From Terriglobia bacterium (GTDB taxonomy: Bacteria > Acidobacteriota > Terriglobia > UBA7540), in NCBI GenBank assembly GCA_049514395.1, contig JBEKVC010000001.1, positions 2,195 through 66,194 on the forward strand: DNA of 64,000 bases, written 5' to 3'. The position numbers were made by a program, and so were the translations under genes. The notes below the pieces were generated by a model. The model was given only the letters and a program-made list of their open reading frames with translations. It was not told the DNA's origin and ran no database searches. Positions 1-9,900 of this stretch are shown in pieces. Each line of letters starts with the position of its first letter. Within the stretch, counting starts at the first letter, position 1.

Positions 1-154
1 CAATTTTCGAATTCGGGGTTAATACGACCGTCTGCATGAGCTGCCGTTGTCGCTGCTACCGTACCGACGCGTTGCAGCTCATCACAGCGCGGCCAAGGGC
101 GGCCTGAGTGGACGGGGGTGGTTTCACTTCGTGGCTCCGGGTGCCGGCGCGCGC

Positions 155-187
155 CCAAAAAGAAAGCGCCCCGCCGAAGCGGGGCGC
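155..187 (-). terminator. Rho-independent terminator-like hairpin
   Basis: GCGCCCCGC-CGAA-GCGGGGCGC is a perfect 9-bp GC stem (166-187). On the minus strand it is followed by TTTCTTTTTGG (165-155). It lies downstream of the minus-strand receptor relic. Confidence 0.5.
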
Positions 188-253
188 CCCTGATTTCACT
201 CAAGATTGAATCGGCCGGGTATAACCTCACCCGGTTCCTGAATCCAGGAGGAG

Positions 254-577
254 TTAAAACTCGACCCGGAGCCCGAACGTGATCGTCCTGTTTCCACCAT
301 TGTACAAGCTTGGAATGGCGAAGCCGTATTCTTCCTGGAGGACGCCGGCCCCGTCGACGTAGGGGTCCACCGAGTTGAAGTTGGGGTGACTGAACAGGTT
401 GAGGAAGGTGGTGTCGAACCGCACCCTCACGGCGTCGGACACCTTGATGTACTTGTAGAGGGTGAACTTGGCAGTATTGATTTGGTACTCGCGCAGCATG
501 TCGCGGCCTACGTTGCCAAAGGGAGCGCCACGGCGACCCGCCCAAGGGAAAAGTGCATGGGAAATCTGGCGATAGCC
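254..577 (-). pseudogene. C-terminal relic (about 107 codons) of a second TonB-dependent receptor
   Basis: The frame is open from the stop at 578-580 and reads ...GAPFGNVGRDMLRE...RVRFDTTFLNLFSHPNFNS...TFGLRVEF. It aligns with the last roughly 100 aa of the neighbouring 1135-aa receptor (GNAGRNPLRG...RVELRFEFYNLFNHTQFNPS...AAKFYF) and has the terminal aromatic residue typical of OMP barrels. There is no N-terminal part. Confidence 0.6.
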
Positions 578-689
578 TCAGGGAGACAGACTACTCCTGC
601 GGCACAGACGGTCGTAAGGCAGCGGGCCACAAAAAGCAAGGGCGCCTGCCGACGCAGACGCCCTCGGTGCTTGCGGGACTTACGACTGG

Positions 690-3600
690 CTAGAAGTAGA
701 ACTTCGCAGCCAACTGGATCAGCCTCGGGTCTCGAGCAGCCAGGATCCGGCCGAAGTTGCTCGATTGGATGTTGGTGCTGACCCCAGACGGATTGAACTG
801 GGTGTGGTTGAACAGGTTATAGAACTCGAAACGAAGTTCCACCCGGGTGGACTCAGTGATGCGTGTGTCCTTGAAAAAGGCCCAATCGAAGTTGTTGAGT
901 CCGCCCCCCCGCAAGGGGTTGCGCCCGGCATTGCCCTGCACGCCGATAGGCGCGCGGACGAACGTGTTGGGGTTAAACAAGTAGTGACTATTCGCACTGA
1001 GGCCCGACCTGGTGACGGTGTTGGTAAACGAAGAGCTGCGCGGATTGGCGTACTGTGGCGCCGACGCCAAGTCAGGAACATCCCAGCACGCCGTCCAGGT
1101 ATACGCCCAGCAGGTGAGCGAGCGGAAGCTGCTGTCCACCACGTCCAGCGGGAAGCCGGACTGCAAGACGGTGTCGCCACTCATCCGCCAGCCCTCGACG
1201 ATGCGCTTGGCCGCCCAGTTGTTGAAATGAGGGACAGGGATGAGGTAGGTGTAGCTGACCACAAACCGGTGGGTCGCGTCGTACTCGGACGGCCCGTAGT
1301 TGTACAGTGCCTGATTAAAGGGATTGGTAGCCCGGAGGCTGCCGTAGCCGCCGAACCCCCCGCCGCCGAACCCGGAGTTCTCAAACCCCGACCCGTTGTC
1401 CATAGCGTGAGACCAGGTGTAAATGGCATTGAGCGAGAGCCCGTGCGACATGTGCTGGTTGAAGACGACCTGCAAGGCGTTGTAATTCGACATGCCGGTC
1501 GTCTGGTTGTTCCCGATTCCCGCGAAGGTCAAGGGATAATACTGGAAATTCTGAGGATCGTTAAACCCTTGGTAAGTGCGGTTGGCCACGCAATTTGGGT
1601 CGGCCGCGCACCCCGAAGGGTTCAGCCCGGGGTTGAGCTCGCGGAGAATGACCTCCTTGCGTCCCAGGGCTCCGACGTAGGCGGCTGAAAGGATCGTGTT
1701 ACCCGAGAGCTGGCGCTCGACAGTCAGGTTGAAGTTCTGCGAGTACGGAACGGAGGTGTTGGGGTCCACCGCATACGGGAACATCGGCAGGTACGGACTG
1801 AAGTCCACGTTCGAGGGTGGGTTTGAAGGAACGGGAAACGGGTTGGGACACAGGGCGCCGGTCGCAATGTCCGCAAAGGGATTGGCAAAGCTCGGGCTTC
1901 CGCTGCACGCCGCGGCGCCCGTCGAGCTAAGAGAGAAGGGCGGCGCAGCAAGGAACTGCAAGGTCTGCTCTTCCAGCTCCCTGTCGAAGTAAATGCCGTA
2001 GCCGCCGCGGATGGCCCACTTGCCCGCACCGCCGGGGCTCCAGGCAAACCCGATACGAGGGCCGAAATGCCCGTACTTCGTCGTGCCCGTGGCATTCACT
2101 CCCGGATCACCCTGGAACAGGTAATCCTCAGGGGCGTTCGGGAAGATCGTGGACTGCTTGCCCGGCCGGAAGGCCGTCATGGCATGGTTGCTGTGGTAGA
2201 TGTCAATGGTCGGCGTGTCCACCTGCCAGCCCGTGCCGTAAGTGAGCGTCAGGTTCTTCCGGATCTTGAACTGATCCTGGAAATAGAAATAGTACTCCCG
2301 GCCCCTGGCGTTGATGATGTCTCCCCCCCCTTGACCGTAGGTGTCCGGGATGCCTAGGAGGAAATCCGCACCCGGATCTCCGGTCGAATAAACCCCCGTT
2401 CCTCCATAGGTGTAATTCCCGTCGAGCACATTGGCGAAGGGGTTGTAAACCTGGAAGCGGCGCATGTCGAACCCCATCTTGAACGTATGCCGCCCCGAGA
2501 TTCTTGTGAAGTTGTCATCCACCTGATACGTCTGGTCAAGGCGCGGCTGGGGGCCGTTGGTCGAGAACCCCAGGGTGAAGTATCCCGTGACCCCGATGAC
2601 GGGCCAACTGCTTCCCGACGGGTTCTGCGTAGTAATGCCCGTGAATCCCACGGACGACGGGTTTAGGACGTTGACCGGCAACACCGCGCCATAGTTGAAG
2701 CGCGTGTACCCAAATCGCGCCTCGTTGAGCGTACCGCCGCCAAAGGTGTGGTTCCAGGTCAGCGAATAGTTCCCCAAATGGCGCTGGTCCACCTCCGGGA
2801 ATCCCGGCAGGGTGGCGCCCGTGAAGGGCAAGGTATCGGTGGTGGGGTTGCGCTGCCACATCCAGGAGCCCCACAGGGCGTCTTTGGAACTGATGTTTTC
2901 GTCGATGCGCGTGAGGTACTGATCGGTCACTCCCGTGACGACGGGGTTGAAGTCGTATTCAGTCCCGGAGTTGGGCAGGGGAACAAACTTGTTCAGCAGG
3001 CTGACGGAAAGGGAATTGAAGTCGGCGGAGGGAATGGTCCCCGTGGGGAAGAGCGTGGAATAGGGCGTGCCCGCCGGATAGACCGTCCCGTCCTCGCCCG
3101 TCATAGCGTAAGGCGAGGGGACGTCGGAAGCGGCGATGTCGGGGAAGCTCCCGTTGCGCTGGTCCTGCGTAAACACCGTCGTCGTCCCTCCCGCCTGGGG
3201 ACTGCGGTTTCGCGTCCCCTGGTACGAGAAGAAGAAGAAGGTGTGATCCTTCTTGATGGGTCCGCCGATCGTGCCGCCGAATTGGTTCTGGTGGAAAATA
3301 ACGGAGGTCGGCTGGAAGAAATTCCGCGCGTCCAAGCTGGTGTCGCGGAAGAACTCGAAGCCATCGCCGTGGAACCGGTTGGCCCCGCCTTTGGTGACCG
3401 CATTCATAATCGCCCCGGAGTTGCGTCCATACTCGGGATTGATGGTGTTGGTCACCATGCGGACTTCCGCGATGGCGTCCGGGCTGGGGATCACCAGCGG
3501 CGTGTTCAGCGGCAGGTCGTTGCTGTCAATGCCGTTGATCAAGTAACTGTTCTGGTCGGGCTGGCTGCCGTTGGTGGCGTAATTGCCGCGCGCGTCGGCG

Positions 3601-4097
3601 GCCGCCACCACGCCCGGCAGGGTCTGCTGGAGCTGAACCCAATTTCGGCCATTCAGCGGTAAGTCCACGATCTGCGTTCCGGTCAGGGTCGCTCCCAGTT
3701 GCATGCTGGTCTTTTCAACTTGCATGGGGGTAGCTTCGACCGTCACCACCTGGGTGATTGCACCGAGCTCCATCGTGACGTTCAAGACATAAATCTGATT
3801 CAATGCCACAGGGATGTCGTTCACCTCGGCGGTTTTGAATCCCGACCGCGAGGCGGTCACTCTGTAAGTCGTCGGTGTGCGAATCTGAAGGAACTCGTAG
3901 CTCCCATCCGCTTTACTGGTGGTTGAGACGGAGATATTGGTGGCCACGTTTGTCGCCCTCAGCTTGACGTCGGGCATGACGGCGCCCGACTGGTCACTCA
4001 CTATACCGCGAATGCTTCCGAGTTCCTGGGCGAAAATCATGAGCGGCATTAAGAGCACTATAAATATAGGTGCGCAGATGCGCAGAATCTTTTGCAT
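690..4097 (-). CDS. TonB-dependent outer-membrane receptor with an N-terminal carboxypeptidase-regulatory-like domain (1135 aa)
   Basis: Signal peptide MQKILRICAPIFIVLLMPLMIFAQE, then GSIRGIVSDQSGAVMPDVKLRATN...DGSYEF (CarboxypepD_reg-like). The long beta-barrel body ends ...RVELRFEFYNLFNHTQF...LAAKFYF. SD GGAGGAAATGA lies upstream of the ATG. Confidence 0.9.
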   Translation of the reverse strand: MQKILRICAPIFIVLLMPLMIFAQELGSIRGIVSDQSGAVMPDVKLRATNVATNISVSTTSKADGSYEFLQIRTPTTYRVTASRSGFKTAEVNDIPVALNQIYVLNVTMELGAITQVVTVEATPMQVEKTSMQLGATLTGTQIVDLPLNGRNWVQLQQTLPGVVAAADARGNYATNGSQPDQNSYLINGIDSNDLPLNTPLVIPSPDAIAEVRMVTNTINPEYGRNSGAIMNAVTKGGANRFHGDGFEFFRDTSLDARNFFQPTSVIFHQNQFGGTIGGPIKKDHTFFFFSYQGTRNRSPQAGGTTTVFTQDQRNGSFPDIAASDVPSPYAMTGEDGTVYPAGTPYSTLFPTGTIPSADFNSLSVSLLNKFVPLPNSGTEYDFNPVVTGVTDQYLTRIDENISSKDALWGSWMWQRNPTTDTLPFTGATLPGFPEVDQRHLGNYSLTWNHTFGGGTLNEARFGYTRFNYGAVLPVNVLNPSSVGFTGITTQNPSGSSWPVIGVTGYFTLGFSTNGPQPRLDQTYQVDDNFTRISGRHTFKMGFDMRRFQVYNPFANVLDGNYTYGGTGVYSTGDPGADFLLGIPDTYGQGGGDIINARGREYYFYFQDQFKIRKNLTLTYGTGWQVDTPTIDIYHSNHAMTAFRPGKQSTIFPNAPEDYLFQGDPGVNATGTTKYGHFGPRIGFAWSPGGAGKWAIRGGYGIYFDRELEEQTLQFLAAPPFSLSSTGAAACSGSPSFANPFADIATGALCPNPFPVPSNPPSNVDFSPYLPMFPYAVDPNTSVPYSQNFNLTVERQLSGNTILSAAYVGALGRKEVILRELNPGLNPSGCAADPNCVANRTYQGFNDPQNFQYYPLTFAGIGNNQTTGMSNYNALQVVFNQHMSHGLSLNAIYTWSHAMDNGSGFENSGFGGGGFGGYGSLRATNPFNQALYNYGPSEYDATHRFVVSYTYLIPVPHFNNWAAKRIVEGWRMSGDTVLQSGFPLDVVDSSFRSLTCWAYTWTACWDVPDLASAPQYANPRSSSFTNTVTRSGLSANSHYLFNPNTFVRAPIGVQGNAGRNPLRGGGLNNFDWAFFKDTRITESTRVELRFEFYNLFNHTQFNPSGVSTNIQSSNFGRILAARDPRLIQLAAKFYF

Positions 4098-5314
4098 GGG
4101 TCATTTCCTCCTGGTTTGGGAATTTCGGGGTCCTCCACGCTCGCCATTCTCCTCGAACACGGTGGAGTTTGGCAGCAGGAAGGCTCCGGCCGCCGTCCTG
4201 GTTCGAGGTGTTTCCAGCAGCGCTACTTCAGCTATGGTTCGGAGGCTTCTAGTCCTGGAACAATCCAGCCTGGAACGGAAACAGTCACCCTCAAAACCCC
4301 TGTGGTTGTTTCCAAAATTGGTATGAGACGCCTTACCTCCGAACCAGTTGTGAAAAGCGTGATATCGTATTACAGGAGCACTCTTATGTTGCGGCAGTAG
4401 GCAATTTGATGCAGCCCTTGTGAAGGCTTTTGCGCGATTATCGAGCAATTCTCCGAGCCCAAGGCGGCACAAGAGGGTTAACCGTGAGGGATTCCAACCT
4501 TCGGTCATTAAGTCCGCCTCCACCGCTTGGTCTTAAGAGCGATCAGGTCTACAGTCAGGGAAGCTTTCGGTTCGCATCGACTAACCTGCCCACAACTCAA
4601 ATATTCGATAAAGCAATTTGTATTCCAAAGCAGATAGAGCACCTATCTCCATCATTCTAGAAGCGATGCTCCTTCCAGCTAAGTTTCAGTTACACAGTAC
4701 AATTCCAAAAATGGAATATCTGTACAAAAAGCTGTAGGCCTCTCCAAACTCGCGATATTCTCTTATCAGGCCCCGAGCAGCCTGTCTTCCCAATAAAGCC
4801 GAAAGGCCTGGCAGCTTCAAATCCCCGAGATGCCTAAACACTTGAAGTCGGTCGAACGCGTCGCCTCTTGGTTGCATGGGCCAACGTAACCACTATGGGC
4901 CGCTGCCACTCGACTGCCAAACCGCTTTGCGTAGCTGTTATTACTCCGGCCGAAACCAAATGTCAAGGACAAAATACAGCAGGATTAAATAACGGAGCTT
5001 TCCTAATTCTTTCACACCTTCTTGCGCCCTGGGCTAAGTTCTATCGCCCCCTAGGCGCGCTCCCCGCACCACCCTGCCGCTGCCACGGTAAGCTTTCACA
5101 TACATGTCATGCGCCAGCGGCAGGACCCCCACTTCTCTGTCGCACACCCGGGAGAATCGCTCTGCCTATCGAATTCGCCCTTTGTTCTGGATAGGGTTCT
5201 TGTTCATCCAAAGTTCAACAACAGTTCATCCACAGTGCATCGACATCGCAACTGGCCTAGAGCAAGATGGCTACGCAGTAAGAAAGTAGAGTCAAATGAA
5301 AAAGGAGAATCGAA

Positions 5315-5680
5315 ATGAATGTGAACATCAGAAGGTCTCTCGGAACATCGGCTTTGTCAGTGGCGCTGCTTTTGGCCTCCGGCATTCCCGCCTTGGCTAA
5401 GAACTCGCGGACTGTGACCTTTGGCCATGATTTCGTTCTGAACGGGACAACTGTCCCGGCAGGTAAGTGTTCTGTGCAGTGGGAAACCCACAGCCCTGAG
5501 GCAACCGTAGAATTCGTCCAGCACCACAAAGTTGTTCTCTCGACAGAAGGCAGAGTCGAGGAGCGTTCCCAGAGCTACGACCGCGATGCGGTTGTTTACA
5601 ACACCGCTTCGGACGGGACCATGTCTCTCGTTGAGATTCGCTTCGCTGACTCGAACAAGGTCCTCGTTTTCAATCAATAA
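5315..5680 (+). CDS. Small secreted hypothetical protein (121 aa)
   Basis: SD AAAGGAGAATCGAAATG and signal peptide MNVNIRRSLGTSALSVALLLASGIPALA. A hairpin follows at 5723-5750. No recognisable domain. Confidence 0.65.
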   Translation: MNVNIRRSLGTSALSVALLLASGIPALAKNSRTVTFGHDFVLNGTTVPAGKCSVQWETHSPEATVEFVQHHKVVLSTEGRVEERSQSYDRDAVVYNTASDGTMSLVEIRFADSNKVLVFNQ

Positions 5681-5722
5681 TACCTCACACTGAAAGCCGC
5701 CGCTGAGAACTCGGAAACTAAC

Positions 5723-5750
5723 TTGGCGGGCCGCTTTCACGGCCCGCCAA
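5723..5750 (+). terminator. Hairpin downstream of the 121-aa secreted protein gene
   Basis: TTGGCGGGCCG-CTTTCA-CGGCCCGCCAA is an 11-bp perfect stem. The trailing sequence CTATATTC is only weakly T-rich. Confidence 0.4.
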
Positions 5751-6004
5751 CTATATTCGGCAGAAAAATGCGCTTGCCCACTCCTGCTTTTCCCGTGGGT
5801 CCCAGAACCTTCCCCGTGTAAGATAGTGGGCTTATGGTCCCCCTTCAGCGACCACATCCGGCGGCGGAGCTTCTGGTTTGTCACTCTTGCCATCGTCATC
5901 GCGAATGTATGGGTCTTCTTCTTTGAACTTGCGCACGGTCCAAATATTAACTGACTGGTTTTTGTCTTTGGAATCGTCCCGGCGCGACATGTCGCGCGCT
6001 ATGA

Positions 6005-6145
6005 GTTCGCAAACCTGACAGCCGCAGGGTTTCTGATCCCGTCTTCATTTCCATGTTCCTGCACGAGGGATGGCTGCACCTCCTTGGAAACATGCTCTTC
6101 CCCTTCGTGTTCGGGCGGAGGAAACGGCGTGCGCTTCGGCAATAA
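6005..6145 (+). pseudogene. Short remnant of a rhomboid-family intramembrane protease gene
   Basis: The frame reads ...[27 protein letters not shown] then RRKRRALRQ*. FLHxGWxHLxxNMxxLxxxG is the rhomboid TM2 signature. Only about 30 homologous codons are present, bounded by stops at 6002 and 6143. It abuts the REP/RAYT locus. Confidence 0.5.
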
Positions 6146-6239
6146 GCCCGCCGTGGCGGGCGACATCGGTTAGCCCATAGCGTCAGCTATGGGGACGAGG
6201 GACGGCTAAGAAACTGTAAGCCCCGCCAGGGGCGACATC
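6144..6239. repeat. Two REP-like hairpin units upstream of the RAYT gene
   Basis: AAGCCCGCCGTGGCGGGCGACATC (6144-6167) and AAGCCCCGCCAGGGGCGACATC (6218-6239) are separated by the hairpin CCCATAGC-GTCA-GCTATGGG. Same orientation, similar sequence. Confidence 0.6.
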
Positions 6240-6279
6240 AACCGGGTCCCAGGGGAGCGAATGCCACCCATACAGCAGC

Positions 6280-6702
6280 TTGATGATTCACGCCATTTTC
6301 AGCACCAAAGACCGCCGGCCCCTCTTAACGGTTACAATCAGGGAAGAATTGTTTGCCTATATGGGAGGGATCATCGGACGGCTTAAAGGGCATTCAATGC
6401 TTGTAAACGGCCCGAAAGACCATGTTCATTTGTTGTTCGTGCTTCCTGCCGCCCTTTCGCTCTCCGAAATGATGGAGAAGGTGAAAGCCAATTCTTCAAA
6501 GTGGGCGAATGAACGCTGGCCCGCGATCGGATTTGCCTGGCAAATCGGGTATGCCGGCTTCAGCGTGAGCCCGTCGAAAATAGAGGAAGTAAGGAATTAC
6601 ATCCTTAACCAGGAAGCGCATCATCGCAAGCTGACTTACGAAGAAGAGGTTGCTGCCTTGCTCAAAAGGCACGGGGTGGAATTCGACAAGGATTATCTCT
6701 GA
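6280..6702 (+). CDS. REP-associated tyrosine transposase (RAYT) / IS200-like Y1 transposase domain protein (about 140 aa)
   Basis: HAIFSTKDRRPLL N-terminus, HUH motif in DHVHLLF and catalytic-Tyr region VRNYILNQEAHHRK. The start is TTG 6280 or ATG 6283. Flanked by inverted REP-like units. Confidence 0.85.
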   Translation: MMIHAIFSTKDRRPLLTVTIREELFAYMGGIIGRLKGHSMLVNGPKDHVHLLFVLPAALSLSEMMEKVKANSSKWANERWPAIGFAWQIGYAGFSVSPSKIEEVRNYILNQEAHHRKLTYEEEVAALLKRHGVEFDKDYL

Positions 6703-6703
6703 T

Positions 6704-6726
6704 GATGTCACCCCCTGAAGCGGGCT
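6704..6726. repeat. REP-like unit downstream of the RAYT, inverted relative to the upstream units
   Basis: GATGTCACCCCCTGAAGCGGGCT resembles the reverse complement of AAGCCCCGCCAGGGGCGACATC (6218-6239). Confidence 0.55.
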
Positions 6727-6794
6727 GAAACGGGATTGCGGGCGATTCAGTCCCATGGCTCAGAAGGTGTGATAGAATTACGGAACAAACTTCT

Positions 6795-6859
6795 CACCAC
6801 AGAGGCACAGAGGACTGAAAAGAAAGGGGCTTTTCTCCCTGCCTCTGTGTCTCCGTGGT
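6795..6859. repeat. ACCACAGAGxCACAGAGG-family hairpin
   Basis: CACCACAGAGGCACAGAGG (6795-6813) pairs with CCTCTGTGTCTCCGTGGT (6842-6859). The same word family occurs at 32972-32987 (half site) and 58959-59034. Confidence 0.6.
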
Positions 6860-6934
6860 TAATGCAATCGATTTTTTCACGCCTCCTCACGCCCTGGGCT
6901 ATCCGCCTTGCGAGACGCCCGCCGCCTCGAGCAG

Positions 6935-9900
6935 TTAGGAACGCCCGTGGGGAGGACCGCCCAATACCTCTCGCACCTTGTGAGCCAGCGCCTCGGGGGA
7001 AAAAGGCTTTTGCAGGAATGCCACAGCGGAATCGAGCCCGCCTTCGTACCAGACCGCGTTGTCCGCGTAACCCGAGATGTAGAGCACTTTGATCTGCGGG
7101 CGCAAGTTAGCGAGACGGCGGGCGAGTTCGCGTCCACTCATCTGCGGCATAACCACGTCAGTCACCAGCAGATCAATCTGCCCCCAGTACTGTTCTGCGA
7201 GGTCAAGCGCGTCTTGACCGCGGCTGGCTTCCATGACCCTATAACCTCTCTCTTTCAAGACATTTCGCACCAGCGCCCGGACTGCGTCTTCATCCTCCAC
7301 GAGCAAGAGCGTCTCTGTCCCTTGTTGGGCCTCGACTAGACTTCGCCCGGGGCCCGACTCATCAACCTCTTCCGCGGTTCGAGGCAAGTAAATCTTGAAG
7401 GTAGTCCCCTTCCCCACTTCGCTGTAGACCCAAATGTATCCCCCGCTCTGCTTGACGATGCCGTAGACCATTGCCAACCCCAGGCCGGTGCCTTTTCCCT
7501 TATCCTTGGTGGTAAAGAATGGGTCAAAAATGCGGGCTTGTGTCTCGGCATCCATCCCGATGCCGGTGTCATTAAACGCCAGCAGAACATAGGGGCCCGG
7601 GGAGAGAGGAAAGTGGGTCTGGGCAGAAGCGCTGTCCATTTCCACGTTCGCCGTCGTGATGGTTAATACGCCGCCGTTGGGCATGGCATCGCGCGCGTTG
7701 ACGGCCAGATTCAGAAGCACCTGTTCGAGTTGCCCCGGATCGGCCTTGACAGGCCACAAGCTCTCCCCCAGATTCGTGACCAAGTCAACATCCTCCCCAA
7801 TTAACCGCTTCAGCATCTTCTCGATATTGGCGACCACGGCGTTTAGACCCAGAACTCGCGGCGCCAACACCTGCTGCCGGCTGAAGGCAAGAAGCTGGCG
7901 CGTCAGGGAGGCGGCCCGGCCCGAGGCATTCCTGATCTCGTTGACATAGCCCCGCAGCGGTTCGATGGTGCCGGGATGCTCGAGCAGAAGTCCGCCGTAA
8001 CCACTGATAATGGTGAGCAGATTGTTGAAGTCGTGCGCCACCCCGCCCGCCAGCCGCCCCACCGCTTCCATTTTCTGCGCCTGCCGAAGCTGCTGCTCCA
8101 GGCGTTTTCGTTCTGTCACCTCCGCTTTGATAGCAATGAAGTGAGTGATCTCCCCGCGCTGGTTCCGCACCGGCGTGATGGTCATCTCCTCAATGTAGAG
8201 ACCCCCGTCGCTGCGGCGGTTGACGATCTCATCCTGCCAGATTTCGCCGCCCAGGATGGTGGTCCAAAGTTTCCTGTAATAAGCCTCGTCTTGCTTTCCA
8301 GACTTGAGAAGGCGCGGGTTTTTCCCGAGGGCTTCTTCGCGGGAGTAACCCGAAACGCGACTGAAGGCGGGATTGACGTACCGGATGGTACCCGTGGCAT
8401 CGGTGATCACGATCCCTTCCGCCGACTGTTCGATGGCGGTCATCAGAAGCATTCTTTCTGCTTCCGCCGCTTTGCGTTCCGTGATGTCAATCAATGTCGC
8501 CTGAACGATCGCCGGCTGTCCCCGCGGCCCTTCCATCAAGCAGGCATTCATCAGAAGCCATACAACGCTCCCGTCCTTGCGGCGAACCGATTCTTCAAAA
8601 TTGGCCAGCGCCTTTCCCTGGCGCAGGGCCCTCGATAGCTGCTCTCGATCTGCCGGATCAGAGAAGAAATCCGAGAGGTTGCGACCGAGAAGCTCCTGGC
8701 GCGAGTCGTAGCCCAGAATCCGAACCAGCGCGTCGTTACAATCCAGGACGGCGCCGTCCAGATCCGCATAGAAGACCCCGGCGAGGTTTCCGGCAAAAAG
8801 CAACCTGTACTTTTCCTCGGAAGCCCGCAACGCCTCCTCGGCCAGCTTCCCCTTGGTGGAGTCAATGGCCACCCCGCGGAGTTGGATGGGGCGTCCCTCC
8901 GCATCCAAAACCACATGGATTGTATCGTGCAGCCAAACCTGGCGACCGTCCGCCGCCAGCACCCTGTATTCAAGACTGTGATCTCGCCCCTCCGCAATCG
9001 CCTGTCGGCACGCGCCCACAGCCTGTTCGCGATCGAGCGGATGGAGATGCTGCTCCCAGAAATCAGCTTGGCTAAGCCACTGCCCGACAGGATAGCCCAG
9101 GATCTGTTCAGCCCGCTGGCTCACAAAAGTGAATTGATGGGTCTTGGCCTCGGCTTCCCAAACGATCGCGTCAATGCTTTGCACCAGTTCTCGCAGGCGG
9201 CGCCCCGAAGCCTCGGCAGCCGTCCGCAGGCGCTCGCTCTCCGTCAGGTCCTCCACGGTCAGCAAAAGGCGACCCTTGCCCTGCCCGTTTGAGATCTGGG
9301 TCAGAGTGAGCCGGGCGGGCCGGGTACCTATTCCCCCTGGCGCGGCTAGATCCACCAGCACATCATGCGGCCCGCTGCTAGGCCCCGTGGCGCCAGTGAT
9401 CCGGCGTGGCGGCCCTTCTGCTTGTATGACTTCGGGCAGAGACCGCCCTATGGCTTCTTCCGGGCGCAGATGGAACGCTTCGAGAAACGTTCGGTTGGCG
9501 GAAAGCACGTTCAGGTCAGAAGAGAGGATCAGTAAACCCACCGGAACATTGTCCACCATCTGCTGCGCAAACGCCTGGATGGCAAGGATTGCCTGCTGGT
9601 GTTCCACCCTCTCTTCCAGGGCGCGAGCCAGCATCTTCCGCCGGTACCCGACCAACACATAGGCGAAAACCAGAACAATTAACGCTCCCACCATCGCCTC
9701 AAGGCGAGCTCTTTGGTAAAAGTCTTGCAGCGCTTCTTGGCGATCAATCTTTCTCACCAGTGTCCAATCAGTCAGCGGGATACGCCGCTCAGCGCTCACG
9801 ACAGGGACGCCACGATAATCCAACATCTCTCCGCTCAAAGGTCTGTCTTCCCACCCAGCCTTGGCTGTTAACGACGAGAGAGAACGGCGCAAGAAAGCTT

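Noticed and set aside
4098-4700. Cobalamin riboswitch in the 5' region of the TonB-dependent receptor
   Set aside because: No B12-box (GCCACTG on the minus strand, CAGTGGC on the plus strand) and no convincing conserved core were found by eye. This cannot be excluded without cmscan.
5832-5990. 52-aa minus-strand ORF (MSRRDDSKDKNQSVNIWTVRKFKEEDPYIRDDDGKSDKPEAPPPDVVAEGGP)
   Set aside because: The composition is plausible, but there is no SD and the start sits in a GCGCGACATGTCGCGC palindrome. It is below the size where I can judge coding potential by eye. It may be worth a conservation check.
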